Source of the DNA: Octopus bimaculoides
Taxonomy: Eukaryota
Assembly (NCBI RefSeq): GCF_001194135.2
Contig: NC_068989.1
Coordinates: 94,691,223-94,755,222 of the forward strand
Length of the DNA stretch: 64,000 nucleotides
Direction of reading: 5' to 3'
This document shows, piece after piece, positions 1 to 13,268 of the stretch. A program made the position numbers and the translations under genes. The notes beneath the pieces are model-generated. The model saw only the letters and a program-made list of their open reading frames with translations. It made no database searches and was not told the origin of the DNA. Each line of letters opens with the position of its first letter. Within the stretch, counting starts at the first letter, position 1.

Positions 1-19
1 GTAATATTTAGTCACATAT

Positions 20-60
20 ATATATGTATGTATATATATGTATATGTATATATATATATT

Positions 61-133
<73 letters not shown>

Positions 134-185
134 ATGTATGTATGTATGTATGTATGTATATATGTATATATGTATCTATGTATAT
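20..185. repeat. Compound microsatellite (TA)n/(TG)n/(TATG)n
   Basis: Directly visible; explains the spurious ORF 28..357. Confidence 0.95.
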
Positions 186-233
186 ATCGAAAGAAAGAGA
201 TAGTATAAATTCGGATTATGTAATACAGTTTTA

Positions 234-1025
234 TAATGTAAAAATTATCGCTACCACGTCCTCAATGTACGTGGGTTTTTCAACGCGAAGTACTGCGGTC
301 TATCGTCCGAGAAAAATGCTTTTAAAGACCTATACTGCTAAAAATATTCATATATAAAATGATTTCTTCCGGACGATGAACGAGAAATCACATTATTATC
401 AACAATATATTTTAACGATAAAAATTAAATAAAACCAATAAAATGATCCGTACTAATATTTAATACAGTTTTCATCATTATAATAGTTATAGGATGTATT
501 AGGTTTTCTTTTGATATTATTTGAGTTATTTGAATTAAGTTTATTGTCTTCTAATATGTCAGGGGTTGCAGAGAATCTTATTCCTGCAAATCCTTTAGTT
601 ATTTCTCTTCAGATTAAGCCTGAATAGTATTTTGTGTTTGCGTATGTTATTTTGCAGTTGAGAAATACGTCTGTGGGCGATTGTTCTTTGAGAAATATCT
701 ATTATTGTTTTGTGAGTTTGTGCTACAATTTATAAATGTAATTAATGGATTGCCGGGACCCCGTTCGTGTTAATAGATTAATTGTTTATAATTATGTATC
801 CTAATTAATTCAAAAACCTCGTTATAGGCAGTATTTACAGCGGTATTCATCCGACGATAATTTCCGATATAGATGTGCCGTGTTTAAAAACACATTGCGT
901 GATGAATATTGATGGGAGGTGGTACTCATGCTAGATGCGGTGAACGAGGACATCTGCCTCCATGGGCTTAATCAATCGGACGGATACCGCACACAATTTT
1001 ACCTACAATGATAATTTTTACATTA
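234..1025. mobile_element. Old non-autonomous DNA transposon with degenerate long inverted repeats
   Basis: Perfect 16-bp inverted repeat TAATGTAAAAATTATC (234-249) / GATAATTTTTACATTA (1010-1025); patchy inverted similarity continues between ~250-345 and ~825-925 (TACCAC.TCC, TATCGTC.GA, ATACTGC). Confidence 0.45.
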
Positions 1026-2246
1026 AACATGAAGCCTTAAAAGCTACTATTTTAAGCTAAAACTTCTATTGCATATAACATATATGTGTGAGCGTGTGTG
1101 TGTGTGTGTTCGTACATATATGCGTGTATCTGTATCCGCTATGGGTCCCGTGCGTTGTAATCCTTTTTTTTTAAAGGTTTCCTATCATCATCTCAGCCAG
1201 TGTTGTATATTTGCAACTGTTCGACCTTCGGCCATTCAACACGCTATAACCTAATAATAGTATAGTTTTTATGTTTTATTTTCTACATAAATGAAAACAT
1301 CTAAAGAATATAGAAAAAGTATTCTTTAATATATAAGCTCCGCTAAAAGCCACCGTTTAATTCTTCTCAATCATTTACTCTGCGACAGAACGAGTGTCTG
1401 GTGCCAACAAACTTGAATAAATCTACATATTTTTTTTTATTGATATTTGGATCAATACATAGAAAGATCAAGAGAAGGAAAGAAAAGCACATCGAAAGCT
1501 CTATGATTACACATATGTATGTGTGCTTGTGTATTTAGAGAGATTGATAGCTAGATAAGTAAGATTGGAGAGTGACAGGGCGAGAGAGAGAGATAGAGAG
1601 AGAGAGAAATAAAAGGAAAGTAAGAAAAAGAGAGAACAGAATCAAAGAGATTTTAGTGAACAAAAATAGGCATCATTAGGGTTATTCGTTTGGCTTTTAC
1701 AATTGTCTGTTTTACAATTTGGTGTTTTCATTCTTCAATTTAGCTGTGAAACTACGTTTGATCAACGCTTTACTTTTACCACTTTAGTATGCATCTACTC
1801 CAGATGTCTAGACTGTAATTTATTACAAGATAAGACATTCTCATAATTAATGATATAGTAAACTATTTCAACAAATTCTTGTCTTTATTGTGGATTTAAA
1901 CTCTAGCACTCTTTACTATTATTGTCACTAAAATGTCTCGTCGAATTTCATCATCAGAGACGACTGCTTCGGCCAAACAACATTTCTCTCTCTCTCTCTC
2001 CCTCACACGCACATGAACATGTTTGCAACAGGAGTACGTACGTGTACGTGTGTTTTTGTGTGTGTCACTGAAATCATTCACACACATACATACCCCCCCC
2101 TCTCTTTCGCTTGTTTTTTGTCAATCAATCCCACAGTCACTCACTAAAAAAAGGAAATACACACGCACATAGACATATATGCAATAGGTGTATGTACATC
2201 TTTTCCTCTGTGTGCATATGCCACTGAAGCCATTCACACATACATA

Positions 2247-2284
<38 letters not shown>

Positions 2285-2406
2285 GTCAATCAGTCATAAA
2301 TTCACTCACTACAAAAAGTGAACAAAATAATTTTCAGTTATCTCTATCTCTCTCTCTCTCCATCACATACGCACCACACTTTCTGTCTCGCACAGCTCCT
2401 CAAACA

Positions 2407-3602
2407 CTATATATGTATATAACATGTGTGTGTGTAAAATTTCGGAAACTTTTCTCCGCAGCCACGGAAACGTTTTTCACGACAAATTCCGATATAATCG
2501 GAATCCACACCATCTGAAATGTATATGTTGAACATTTCATTAAAAACATCAATTTTTCTGGAGGTTAGGAGGGAGGCACCTGTGTTAGTATACTTTATTA
2601 ACTATAAACACACTGTCTGCTAACATATAAAATATAAACTGAAGCTAAAATTTATTCAAATATTAATATTGTTTCTTCAGCTTACCGGAAAAGGACTCCT
2701 GGCTCGTTTTACTGCTGGCGAAGGATTAAAAAAACGAAGATATTTTTACTTATCTGGGCATTGCTCTTACATACAAATTAACAACAATTCGACTCGAGAG
2801 ATAAACACAAACCACCTCGTGCTGACTGCAAAACACCCACCAAATTAGCCGGAAACACACACACACACACGTCCATTTCATATATTTTCTTTCAATTTCT
2901 GTTCTCTGCAAATAAATTTTTTAGGGATACAACTGCTTACAAAAATAGGGATTAATGTATATTTTTTTTTCTATGTTCATAATTAAATCAATATTTTCAT
3001 GATTAGACAGAGGTCCAATAGAACAACTCTCAGAAGCAGACTACGTACAAATATGTCAATCATCACGACACACACCTTCACTCACTCACTCTATCTCTCT
3101 GTCTCACCCTCTTTCTCTCTCACATACACACGTGCAAGCACGCACACACGCACACACGCACACGCAAACACACACACACACACACGTCCATTTCATATTA
3201 ACGGCGGCGAGCTGGCAGAAACGTTAGCGCACCGCGCGAAACGCTTAGCGGTAGTTCGTCTGCTGTTACGTTCTGAGTTCAAATTCCGCCGAGGTCGACT
3301 TTGCCTTTCATCCTTTCGGGGTCGATTAAAGAAGTACCAGTTACGAACTGGGGTCGATATAATCGACTTAATCCGTTTGTCTGTCCTTGTTTGTCCCCTC
3401 TGTGTGTAGCCCCTTGTGGGTAGTAAGGAAATAACACACGTCCATTTCATATATCTTCTTTCAATTTCTTCTCTCTGTAAGTAACGTTTTTACGGACCCG
3501 AAATGATAAGGTTGAAAAACGCTGTTATAGATGATGCCTAACCGAAAACGATCCCCGCCACATCACCCAAACAGACCGGGTGAAACTGGGCTTAGCTGCT
3601 AG
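2407..3602 (+). mobile_element. Non-autonomous Helitron-like element (3' end clear, 5' end approximate)
   Basis: 3' end CCGGG-TGAAA-CTGGG imperfect hairpin (3576-3590) then CTAG|T (3599-3603); internal CA/CT-rich repeats; the start at a CTATATATGTATATAAC tract is tentative. Confidence 0.5.
3203..3434 (+). mobile_element. tRNA-derived SINE, Meta-domain-like (subfamily with GTCCCCTCTGTGTGTAGCCCC tail)
   Basis: Head GGCGGCGAGCTGGCAGAA, B-box-like GAGTTCAAATTCC, core GGTCGACTTTGCCTTTCATCCTTTCGGGGTCGA; flanked by ~19-bp direct repeat ACACACGTCCATTTCATAT (3180-3198 and 3434-3452). Confidence 0.85.
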
Positions 3603-3876
3603 TGTACCTATAATTTTACTGGAAACATCTGTAAGACAGATTTGCTCCAATAAAGGAATTAATTATATTAAAAACATCATTTTTAACTTGTTCTTATATA
3701 TCACTCGTTAACAGCCATTTTATCGGGAGCCCATCCACGGCTTTACAAAATAGTGTAACTTGGAAACCCACCACAAGATTAATTGGAGTTATTCACTAAT
3801 CTCACTAATTTTGTTAGCCTGGTGTGCCAACAGAGAGTTTATGAAGTATTTTTCCCAGATCGATAATCCCTCACTA

Positions 3877-3936
<60 letters not shown>

Positions 3937-5440
3937 CATGGACGTACTATCTGGGTAGGCAAAGTAGGCAATGCCTACCTTGAATAAAATAGATCGATAG
4001 CTAAATTTTCCTTTTATGGCAAATTATACATTTAATTCAATAAAATTATGAAGGTTACTGTGATTACAATGCATAAAATAGTGCATAAAGTCATCCGAAA
4101 CTCCATTGAATTGGGAAACATAGTGACTGGACGAAAAGAATGTCAGCGGGAGGCTATTAAGGAAGGTGTAAATATTGCGGAAGAAATTACAAACAGGCTT
4201 CAGTAGAATCCACTATATTCTGTTGTCTGGCTAAAAGTAGCAGCTTTGGTATACAATCCCACAAAAGACCATATTTTGATAAAGTACTAGATTAACAGTG
4301 GCTGCCAAGGACCAATAACATAGGCACGCATACGTACACGCACACACACATGAATGCACACACACACACACACACAAATACACCCACACACACACAAATA
4401 CACAAAGTCATACACACACACACACTTACACAAACACACATACACGCTCATATATCGTTCAAAAAATAAGAAATTAAATAGCTAGTATTTCAGAAATAGT
4501 TTATTTGGTAGTTTTGAAGCATACATACATACATACATACATACATACATACTCACACACGCACGCACACACGCACACACACACACACACACACACACGA
4601 CACACCCACAAATATATCCATGTGCATGCGGATGCACACTGTGAGTATGCACCGCTTACCACGCACTATACACCCACTCACCTTCATTCATGCGCGCGCA
4701 CACATATTTGTCTTTGCATGATTTACGCGAAACATAACTCATTCTAAAATTTTGACATGTGTATCTCTTTCTTCTTCTTTGTTTTTCCTTCTCTCCCGGT
4801 AAAATATTTATTAACATTGACTTTTATTTATATTTTAAGCAATACATTTTACAACAATCAGGTGGTTTCCATTTAGACTGGTATATTGCCAAGTTCGATT
4901 GTGTGCCATCTATAGTTACTGTATCGAAATAAAAGGGAGAAGCTATCGGATTTTTTTTTTCCTTTGCTATCTCAAAGGAGAAAACTGAATTGAAATTGAA
5001 CCAGATTAGAAATAAAGATAAGGAAATTGAATATTTGTATCTGGGCAGAAACTATAAAATTTCAGCGCGCTAAGATTTGTTTCTTTAATTTCTTCCGTTT
5101 ATTTTCTTTCATTTTTCATATAACGTATCTATCTCTCACTTATGTATATATATATATATATATATATNNNNNNNNNNNNNNNNNNNNNNNNNNNNNNNNN
5201 NNNNNNNNNNNNNNNNNNNNNNNNNNNNNNNNNNNNNNNNNNNNNNNNNNNNNNNNNNNNNNNNNNNNNNNNNNNNNNNNNNNNNNNNNNNNNNNNNNNN
5301 NNNNNNNNNNNNNNNNNNNNNNNNNNNNNNNNNNNNNNNNNNNNNNNNNNNNNNNNNNNNNNNNNNNNNNNNNNNNNNNNNNNNNNNNNNNNNNNNNNNN
5401 NNNNNNNNNNNNNNNNNNNNNNNNNNNNNNNNNNNNNNNN

Positions 5441-5478
<38 letters not shown>

Positions 5479-5513
5479 CATATATATGCGCATACACACA
5501 CACATATGCACAC

Positions 5514-5544
<31 letters not shown>

Positions 5545-7722
5545 GCCAGACGGACAGATACACGTGCTTATTTACAAGCATACTTATTGATAGAAAGGTT
5601 TTCGATCCGAATATCCTTGAAAGAAGAATTTACGACATTCTAATCCAAGTCGTTTCTTGCTGAGCAAGTAAAGTTTATTATCTATGTATTTACTATTTCT
5701 CTTGTTTTGTTTTTTGTTGTTTTTCTTCCAGTCTAAGATATTTATGGAAACATCGAAGAATTACACACTCTGAAAATAGATTAGTTTCAACAAATGCCAG
5801 GATTGGAAGAGGGAACCAAGAGACGGGATGAGGATTTAAGAGAGAATATTATTGGATGTAAGGAGAGAATTAGAACGAAAAGGAAGATGAATCTAGTCGG
5901 ACAGCGTAACGCAAGGGTTAGCATACTTTTCGTTTCTAGGCCACTCGCTTATAAATAACTTGGAGATAAACATGTACACATTCATGTCTGCGCATAAACA
6001 AACGTTGGCAAACACGCAGGAGTATCTACATACATACATACTCAGTGTAAGATTTATTTATATTAATTTGAATGCATTTAACCGGTTTCACGGTTATGTG
6101 ACTTTCAGACGAGTAAGATATGTGAAATGTGGAGGTATTTCACAAACTATCACATTTCTGGACGTTCTTCCAATATTCGTTAGTTTTTATTGACAGAATG
6201 TGGATTAGATTGTTCTTATTTAACATTCAGACTGATTGGTTGAAGATATTCACTTGGTAAGATACGAGAATGTGTTTGCCAGTTATCTGCTACGGCCGTG
6301 TACTAAAGCCATGTGATAGCCACTTGTGAGGATCAGGCCAAATGTTTAGTCTATTCAATATGTCATGTAACAGTCACAGGAATAGCTACAAATGGTGAAA
6401 GTGGCGTTTGAATGATGGGTTGATGGGGCCTGGTGGTTGTTTCAAGTTGCTGTATAAACATGTTATTTTCATTAGCGAAGGCCTGGTGGCTAGTTAGTGC
6501 CATATATATGACTTTATTGAATGGTTGATTCTCAATCTTGCACGTGTGCACATACATATACACGCACACATATGTTTAATTATATATTCATACATTTATA
6601 TGTGTACGTGCATGTGTCCATATTTAAGTAACATTTAAAACAGCTGATGATAATAAATTACGTTTCAAAAGATAATTGTGAGGGATTTAATAAAATAAGA
6701 AGATAACAAAAAAAAAAAAAANNNNNNNNNNAAAAAAAAAAAAAAAAACAATGTGATATTTTAAATGGTAAAGCAGACATAAGAGATTTCCCTTAGTACA
6801 TAAATTCATTCGGAGAATTTAATTCTTGAAGTTATCCTAGCATTTTGAGTTCTTTCTCCAATTAAGGGGGAAATTCTGATTCCTTGAGTAGTTTTGTGTC
6901 TGTCCCTTACTACATCGACCCTTAGTCTGTTCTAATCTATGCGTAGCCCCTTATATGCTAGAGAGCATCAATAAAAATAGGCCAAAGAAAGGATTATATT
7001 TTAACTCTTCGAATGGATGTACGGATGTAAAGGTTCCTAATATTATTGGCTAGCTGTTTACAAATAACTGTTACCTAGATCATTCCCAATCGACACACAC
7101 ACACATCAAAAACAATCCCCTACGCAAAATAAAGTATCAATCCTTCTATTGCTTCACGATGTAAAATTTTGTGTCTTTAGTCGCTTTCCCATCTCTCTAA
7201 TCACCACTCACACAGAAAATAATTCTTTACTATTTCAACAAAGATTAGCGTATTTCGGGGCATAAAATGTCATTTTCTTCGTCCTCTCAATATAACCTCT
7301 GATACAGTGATTAATATTTTTAATGGACTAAAAGCAAACGAGAAAATATTTCTCTCATCCCAAACATAAAAATTTCTAATGGCACAGATCGCTAGTTTAC
7401 CATCATTCCGTTATTTTTAACTGTACATATATGCATGCATGCATACATTCATATATGCATACATATATGTGTGTATATGTTTACACTCGCATATACATAT
7501 ATATATATATATATATANNNNNNNNNNNNNNNNNNNNNNNNNNNNNNNNNNNNNNNNNNNNNNNNNNNNNNNNNNNNNNNNNNNNNNNNNNNNNNNNNNN
7601 NNNNNNNNNNNNNNNNNNNNNNNNNNNNNNNNNNNNNNNNNNNNNNNNNNNNNNNNNNNNNNNNNNNNNNNNNNNNNNNNNNNNNNNCACATACATATAT
7701 ATATATATACATATATACATAT

Positions 7723-7770
<48 letters not shown>

Positions 7771-8034
7771 TATATATGCACATATACATATATACATATA
7801 CATACATGTATATAAACATATTTAAATATACATCATAGTTAAGCTCCAGGTTCGGTGATTATGCGAATAAGGAGTCTTTAAATAAAACCCTCGATTCAAT
7901 AGCACTGTGGACAAACTATACTTGGAATAACCAATTTTAAATACTATTGAAATTTCCTCACAAAGCATTGGAATCTTATATGAATACCATTCTGCCAAAA
8001 TAATGGATCTACAAATGCAATATCCCTGCATTTC

Positions 8035-8218
8035 TCACGTCTCTTTTCATTCCTCCACTTCACTCTCTAAATTAAGTATTGCTCAACCATTTTCTCACAC
8101 CATCTCTGATGAAGGGATATAATAAATATCCTGGAAACAGCTGTAGGACTTTCTATTTATAAATGTTCTAAAATCTTCACAGCCTTGGTCTTTTATCTCA
8201 TTCTGAAAAATAATTTAT
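8035..8218 (+). mobile_element. Penelope-like element terminal-repeat fragment
   Basis: Pyrimidine-rich segment containing a minimal hammerhead motif; minimal type I hammerheads are known hallmarks of Penelope-like terminal repeats. Confidence 0.55.
8103..8149 (+). ncRNA. Minimal type I hammerhead ribozyme motif (partly degenerate)
   Basis: CTGATGA (8106-8112), stem II GGATAT-aataa-ATATCC, GAAA (8134-8137), palindromic stem III C-AGCT-G, GTA cleavage triplet (8143-8145); stem I is weak (TCT/GGA) and the base of stem II is an A.G mismatch. Confidence 0.65.
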
Positions 8219-8229
8219 ATATATATATA

Positions 8230-8541
8230 GGCGTAGCAGTGGCTGTGTGGTAAGTGGCTGTGTGGTAAGTGGCTTGCTTACCAACCACATGGTTCTGGGT
8301 TCAGTCCCCCTGCGTGGCACCTTGGGCAAGTCTCTTCTACTATAGCTTCGGGCCGACCAAAGCCTTGTGAGTGGATTTGGTAGACGGAAACTGAAAGAAG
8401 CCCGTCGTATATATGTATATATATGTATGTGCGTGTATATGTTTGTGTGTCTGTATTTGTCCCCCCCCCCAACATCGCTTGACAACCGATGCTGGTGTGT
8501 TTCCGTCCCCGTAATATAGCGGTTCGGCAAAAGAGACCGAT
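8230..8541 (+). mobile_element. tRNA-derived CORE-like SINE, runs into gap
   Basis: GTGGCTGTGTGGTAAG A-box region, GGGTTCAGTCCC B-box-like, CORE-like GGCACCTTGGGCAAGT, internal (TA/TG) tract; same family as 17908, 21799 and 36704. Confidence 0.85.
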
Positions 8542-9644
8542 NNNNNNNNNNNNNNNNNNNNNNNNNNNNNNNNNNNNNNNNNNNNNNNNNNNNNNNNNNN
8601 NNNNNNNNNNNNNNNNNNNNNNNNNNNNNNNNNNNNNNNNNNNNNNNNNNNNNNNNNNNNNNNNNNNNNNNNNNNNNNNNNNNNNNNNNNNNNNNNNNNN
8701 NNNNNNNNNNNNNNNNNNNNNNNNNNNNNNNNNNNNNNNNNNNNNNNNNNNNNNNNNNNNNNNNNNNNNNNNNNNNNNNNNNNNNNNNNNNNNNNNNNNN
8801 NNNNNNNNNNNNNNNNNNNNNNNNNNNNNNNNNNNNNNNNNNNNNNNNNNNNNNNNNNNNNNNNNNNNNNNNNNNNNNNNNNNNNNNNNNNNNNNNNNNN
8901 NNNNNNNNNNNNNNNNNNNNNNNNNNNNNNNNNNNNNNNNNNNNNNNNNNNNNNNTATATATATATATATATATATATATGAATGTGCATTATACATATT
9001 TATATAGAGTTATAGAGAAACATCAATACTTTACTTGCCTCACTGTACTTTAAAATGTGTCTATTCAGTGAATAATTTCTGTATATGTATGTCTAAGTGT
9101 ATGTGGGTGGGGGTTTGTGTGTCTGTGTGTGTATGTCTGCATGCGCGTGTGGGCTTCCCTGTTGATAGTAAATTGAAACATTTATAAAATTTTAGAAGTT
9201 TTATAACTTCACGCTGAATAATTCCTTGAAAGGTTAATACCGAGACATGCGCTGACACCGACAATTTACGCATAAACAAGCGCGCGCGCACACACGCAGT
9301 TTCTTATTATACATACACACACACATACATTCAATAAATATTCATGCACGGTCACATATACTTACAAATCTTTATGTATATGAGTGTGTAATATAACCAT
9401 GTGGGTGTGCGTATGTTTGTGTATGTGTGTGTGTATGTGTGTGTGTGTGCGTGTGTGTGCGCGCGCCTCTATCTCTCTTTATCTCTCACACACATACACA
9501 CATACACAGACTCACATACAAAGATACATTTTTCAATTTATTTGTCTCTACGTGTGCGTACATTCTCTTTTTTTTCCGTATATAACGTATGTTGCCAAAT
9601 TTTGTTTACTTCTTCGCATGCAAATATACATATATACATTCATG

Positions 9645-9676
<32 letters not shown>

Positions 9677-10179
9677 TATATATATATATACATATGAATA
9701 TATACACACACCTATAGATTTAAAAATACATATATAATAACGTGGGTCCCTCTATGTATCCATGTGTAATGTGTGTGTGTGTGTGCATACATTTGTAAGT
9801 GTACGAAACGTCTTTCATATGCTTCAACGCTAATTGTAAGGTCACCTAGGAGAGGAATATTCTGGCTTTGTGTTGGGCATATAACTTCGAATGTTCAACA
9901 GCATATATAAAGATATTATGGAAAAGAATTGAAAAATTGCTCATGTGATGAGCACTTGGTGCGATATTGTATATGCATGTGTGTGTTTGCGTGAGGGTTG
10001 CGTTAGAGTATGTTGAGTTGTGGTCTGTATTTTTTAATAAGAATATTTTTCCTATTTATTCGTGTTTGGTCAGTGGTGGTGTCTTGGCAATGGTATAGTG
10101 GGAAAACTAGGAACTTATTTTGTGCACAAAGATCTAAGTGACCACTAAGTGGTATCTGTCTTGTGTATATATACGTGTA

Positions 10180-11455
10180 TATCTATTAAGGGACGAAGCA
10201 TTTGCTTGAGAGTGAGGGCATATGCTCAGAAATTATTCCGCTCATTTACAAAAACATATAAAGTTGCTCTTTCCCCTGTTATTCCTCTGGTTGATGAGAA
10301 CAACACTCTACATGATGCAAAATCCATGTGCGAGATAATGAAGAGACAATACTGCTCTGTCTTCACGAACGCTAATGCAGTTGATCTGGCTAGTACCAGT
10401 GATGTAAACCCTCAGCTAACCATAGCTGACATAACTTTTGGTGCTCCTGATATCCTAACAGTAATAGATAAGATGAAGCAAAACTCGGCAGAAAGTCCCA
10501 ATAAGTTGCCCGCCACTGTCCGGAAGAGGTGTCGACATCAAATTGCACCCCCTCTGGCTGAGCGCTGGAGAAACTCACTTCATGCATGTTACATTCCGGA
10601 TAATTTTCCTTCCCAGTCTGTCGTTGCAATCTTCAAAAAGGGAAACAAATCTCTTGCAGTGAACTACCGTCTGATTTCACTCCTTATATCATTAAAGTAC
10701 TTTGAGAGGGTGGTGCGATCGCGAATAACTCACTCCCTCAACGACAACAATCTCCAGAATCCCAACCAGCATGGTTTCCATGATGGCAGGGACTGCCTGT
10801 AGCAGCTTCTGCACCATTTTCATGACATTTTAATGGCTTTGGGAGAAGGATCAACACTGACGTCATAGACCTTGATTTCAGCAAAACATTTGCCAGAGTG
10901 GACGACAAAATCCTGCTGAAGAAACCGTCCAACATTGGGGTCCGTGGAAAGCTGCTGCAGTGGATAAAGTGTTTCCTGGCGAACAGAACCCAACATGTAG
11001 TGTTTGAGGGAATACGATCCAACTCAGCCAAAGTCAGTGTTGGTGCCCCACAAGGTACTGTGTTAGGCACACTTCGCTTCGTTATCTACCGATGTAGATA
11101 ATGAAGAGGAGTGGGCGTCATCAAACATTCTACATTGAAAATGTCTGCAGATGATTCCAAACTCCAGAAAGCCATAAACGGTGTGGGAGACCGAACATGC
11201 CTTCAGTCGGATCTGTTTGTTATTGTCCAATGGGCGGAAAATAACAATATGCTTCTGAATTAAGATAACTTTCATTTGATCCACTTTGGGAAGGAGGTTA
11301 CTCTGAAACTGCTATATGCCCTTACCTCGGGTGACTCCCTAGTGTCATCCAACAACACCAGATACCTTGGAGTAACTGTTGATAACAATCTAAGCTGGAG
11401 TTCCTACGTAAACAGCAAGATTGACTTGACTCGCAAGATGTGCTCCTGGATTCTT
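10180..11455 (+). mobile_element. CR1-like non-LTR retrotransposon RT remnant (pseudogene)
   Basis: ORFs 10149..10802, 10898..11101 and 11276..11503 give VVAIFKKGNKSLAVNYRLISLL, NQHGFHDGRDCL, LDFSKTFARVD, GKLLQWIKCFLANRTQHVV, GAPQGTVLG, TRYLGVTVDNNLSWSSYV; stops and frameshifts between them. Confidence 0.88.
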
Positions 11456-11459
11456 GTAC

Positions 11460-11930
11460 AATGTTGCCCACGTCACTTTTCATTAGTTCATTATTATATC
11501 TAGTTTTGCTGCAGTTTAGCAGGTGCTACCTGAGTGATACTATACAGCATTCAAAGGCCGTTTGCACTGATCTTAGGCCTCTACCACTTCTTAGGTAGAG
11601 CTTGTCAACATCATTGTTTCTGTGGAAGTTCCCAGTTGTTGTCAGGATTTTGCGGGTTTTGATATCTATGGTATGAATTTCCTCTACAGACCAATCAAGT
11701 ATCCCGAATGTTGGCATCAGCACTGCTACTGCAAATGCATTGTGGTATATTGTTTCGTTATTTTCCTACGTCTGCTGTAATATTCCCGGGTCACTCTATC
11801 TTTATCCACAGTGCGTTTATATGATACATTTTCATTTATGCCTAGGTACTTGTAACATTCTTTTTGTGGAATGGGTGAAATAGAGAGACCGTTGATGCAC
11901 AGATTTTGGGATTCGGGGACTGACTTTCCT
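11460..11930 (-). mobile_element. Dong/R4-like LINE fragment (post-RT thumb region)
   Basis: Minus strand CYKYLGINENVSY ... NAFAVAVLMPTFGILDWSVEEIHTIDIKTRKILTTTGNFHRNNDVDKLYL..GRGL, the motif series typical of R4/Dong-type RTs. Confidence 0.75.
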
Positions 11931-12212
11931 CATTCTACGTATGTATGTGTGTGTGTATGTTTGTATGTGTGTCTATGCATGTGTGTGTGGCGGGGTGCCT
12001 AAACTGGAAAGACCTCTTCTTTCAAACATGTTATACTGAAACATAGCTAATGAGAAAATATGAAAAAAATCTTTAATAAAAACATCAAATTTGAACGTAG
12101 TCTACTTTTATGATATATGTATGCATGTGTGTATATTGCGTATGCCTTCAGAAACGGATACATACGTATACTTACATATATACGTATATATTCATGTATG
12201 TGTGTGTGTATA

Positions 12213-12269
<57 letters not shown>

Positions 12270-12692
12270 GTAAAGATACATTATTGGAGGTGTTACCAGT
12301 CTATTTCTAGAACTCCTGACAATTCCGTTCCAATAAGTGCTTTCATCTACTTCCACTTACAAATGACATCCGTGACAAGTAATTACCGATCACATTTATC
12401 TGGTAAATAGACATATTCAATAAATTCTCCAACGTTAACACAAGTTGTTTTCTTAATATTTGACTTAGTTTTTTATGAAGGAATCAGAAATCTCACAGTA
12501 ATGACGTTGCGATATCAACAAGTATCAAAAGTCCTTAACTGGAAATCAGAAGAAATAATTATATTTTAAATTGAAATTCCTGATAGCATGAGATATTTAC
12601 ACTTTACAGTAGGAATTAAAATGCATGTAATACAGATTACTAAAACGCAATATATATATATATATATATATACACGCACACATATATATATA

Positions 12693-12736
<44 letters not shown>

Positions 12737-12871
12737 TTTATATATATATATTCGAGAACATACGCAATTCTTTCTTCTAGTGTTCCTTATTTTCTCAAGG
12801 TTAAATTTTGTATTTTGCATATGTAGAAAAAGTTCTCATTTCTCCTCCTTGCCGAAATAATTAGAATAATA

Positions 12872-13098
12872 TTTATTTCTTTATTGCTCACAAGGGGCAT
12901 AGAGGGGACAAACAAGGACAGACAAAGGGATTAAGTCGATTACGTCGACCCCAGTGTGTAACTGGTACTTATTTAATCGACCCCGGAAGGATGACTGGCA
13001 AAGTCAACCTCCGTGGGATTTGAACTCAGAACGTAACGGCAGACGAAATACCACAAAACGTTTCACCCGCGTGTTAACGATTCTGCCAGCTAGCCGCA
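12872..13098 (-). mobile_element. Meta-like tRNA SINE (same subfamily as 3203)
   Basis: Reverse complement of the 3203-3434 element, including the GACAAACAAGGACAGAC tail and the CTGCCAGCTAGCCGC head. Confidence 0.85.
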
Positions 13099-13106
13099 TT
13101 TAAATA

Positions 13107-13268
13107 TTCTTTTCTACTGTAGGTACAAGGATCGAAATTTGGTGGGAGGGGACCAGTCAATTAGATCGACCCAAGTTCGTAACTGGTACTTAATTTATCG
13201 ACCCCGATGGGATGAAAGACAAAGTTGACGTCGGCGGAATCTGAATCCAGAATGTAAAGTCAGACGAA
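13107..13268 (-). mobile_element. Meta-like tRNA SINE, 5'-truncated (second tail subfamily)
   Basis: TTCTTTTCTACT..GGGAGGGGACCAGTC..ACTGGTACTTAATTTATCGACCCC..GGATGAAAGACAAAGTTGAC; matches 20937, 39314 and 62550. Confidence 0.75.

Noticed and set aside
4069-4206. 45-codon ORF MHKIVHKVIRNSIELGNIVTGRKEC as a mariner fragment
   Set aside because: IVTG is not followed by the DE(K/T)W catalytic motif; too short to call.
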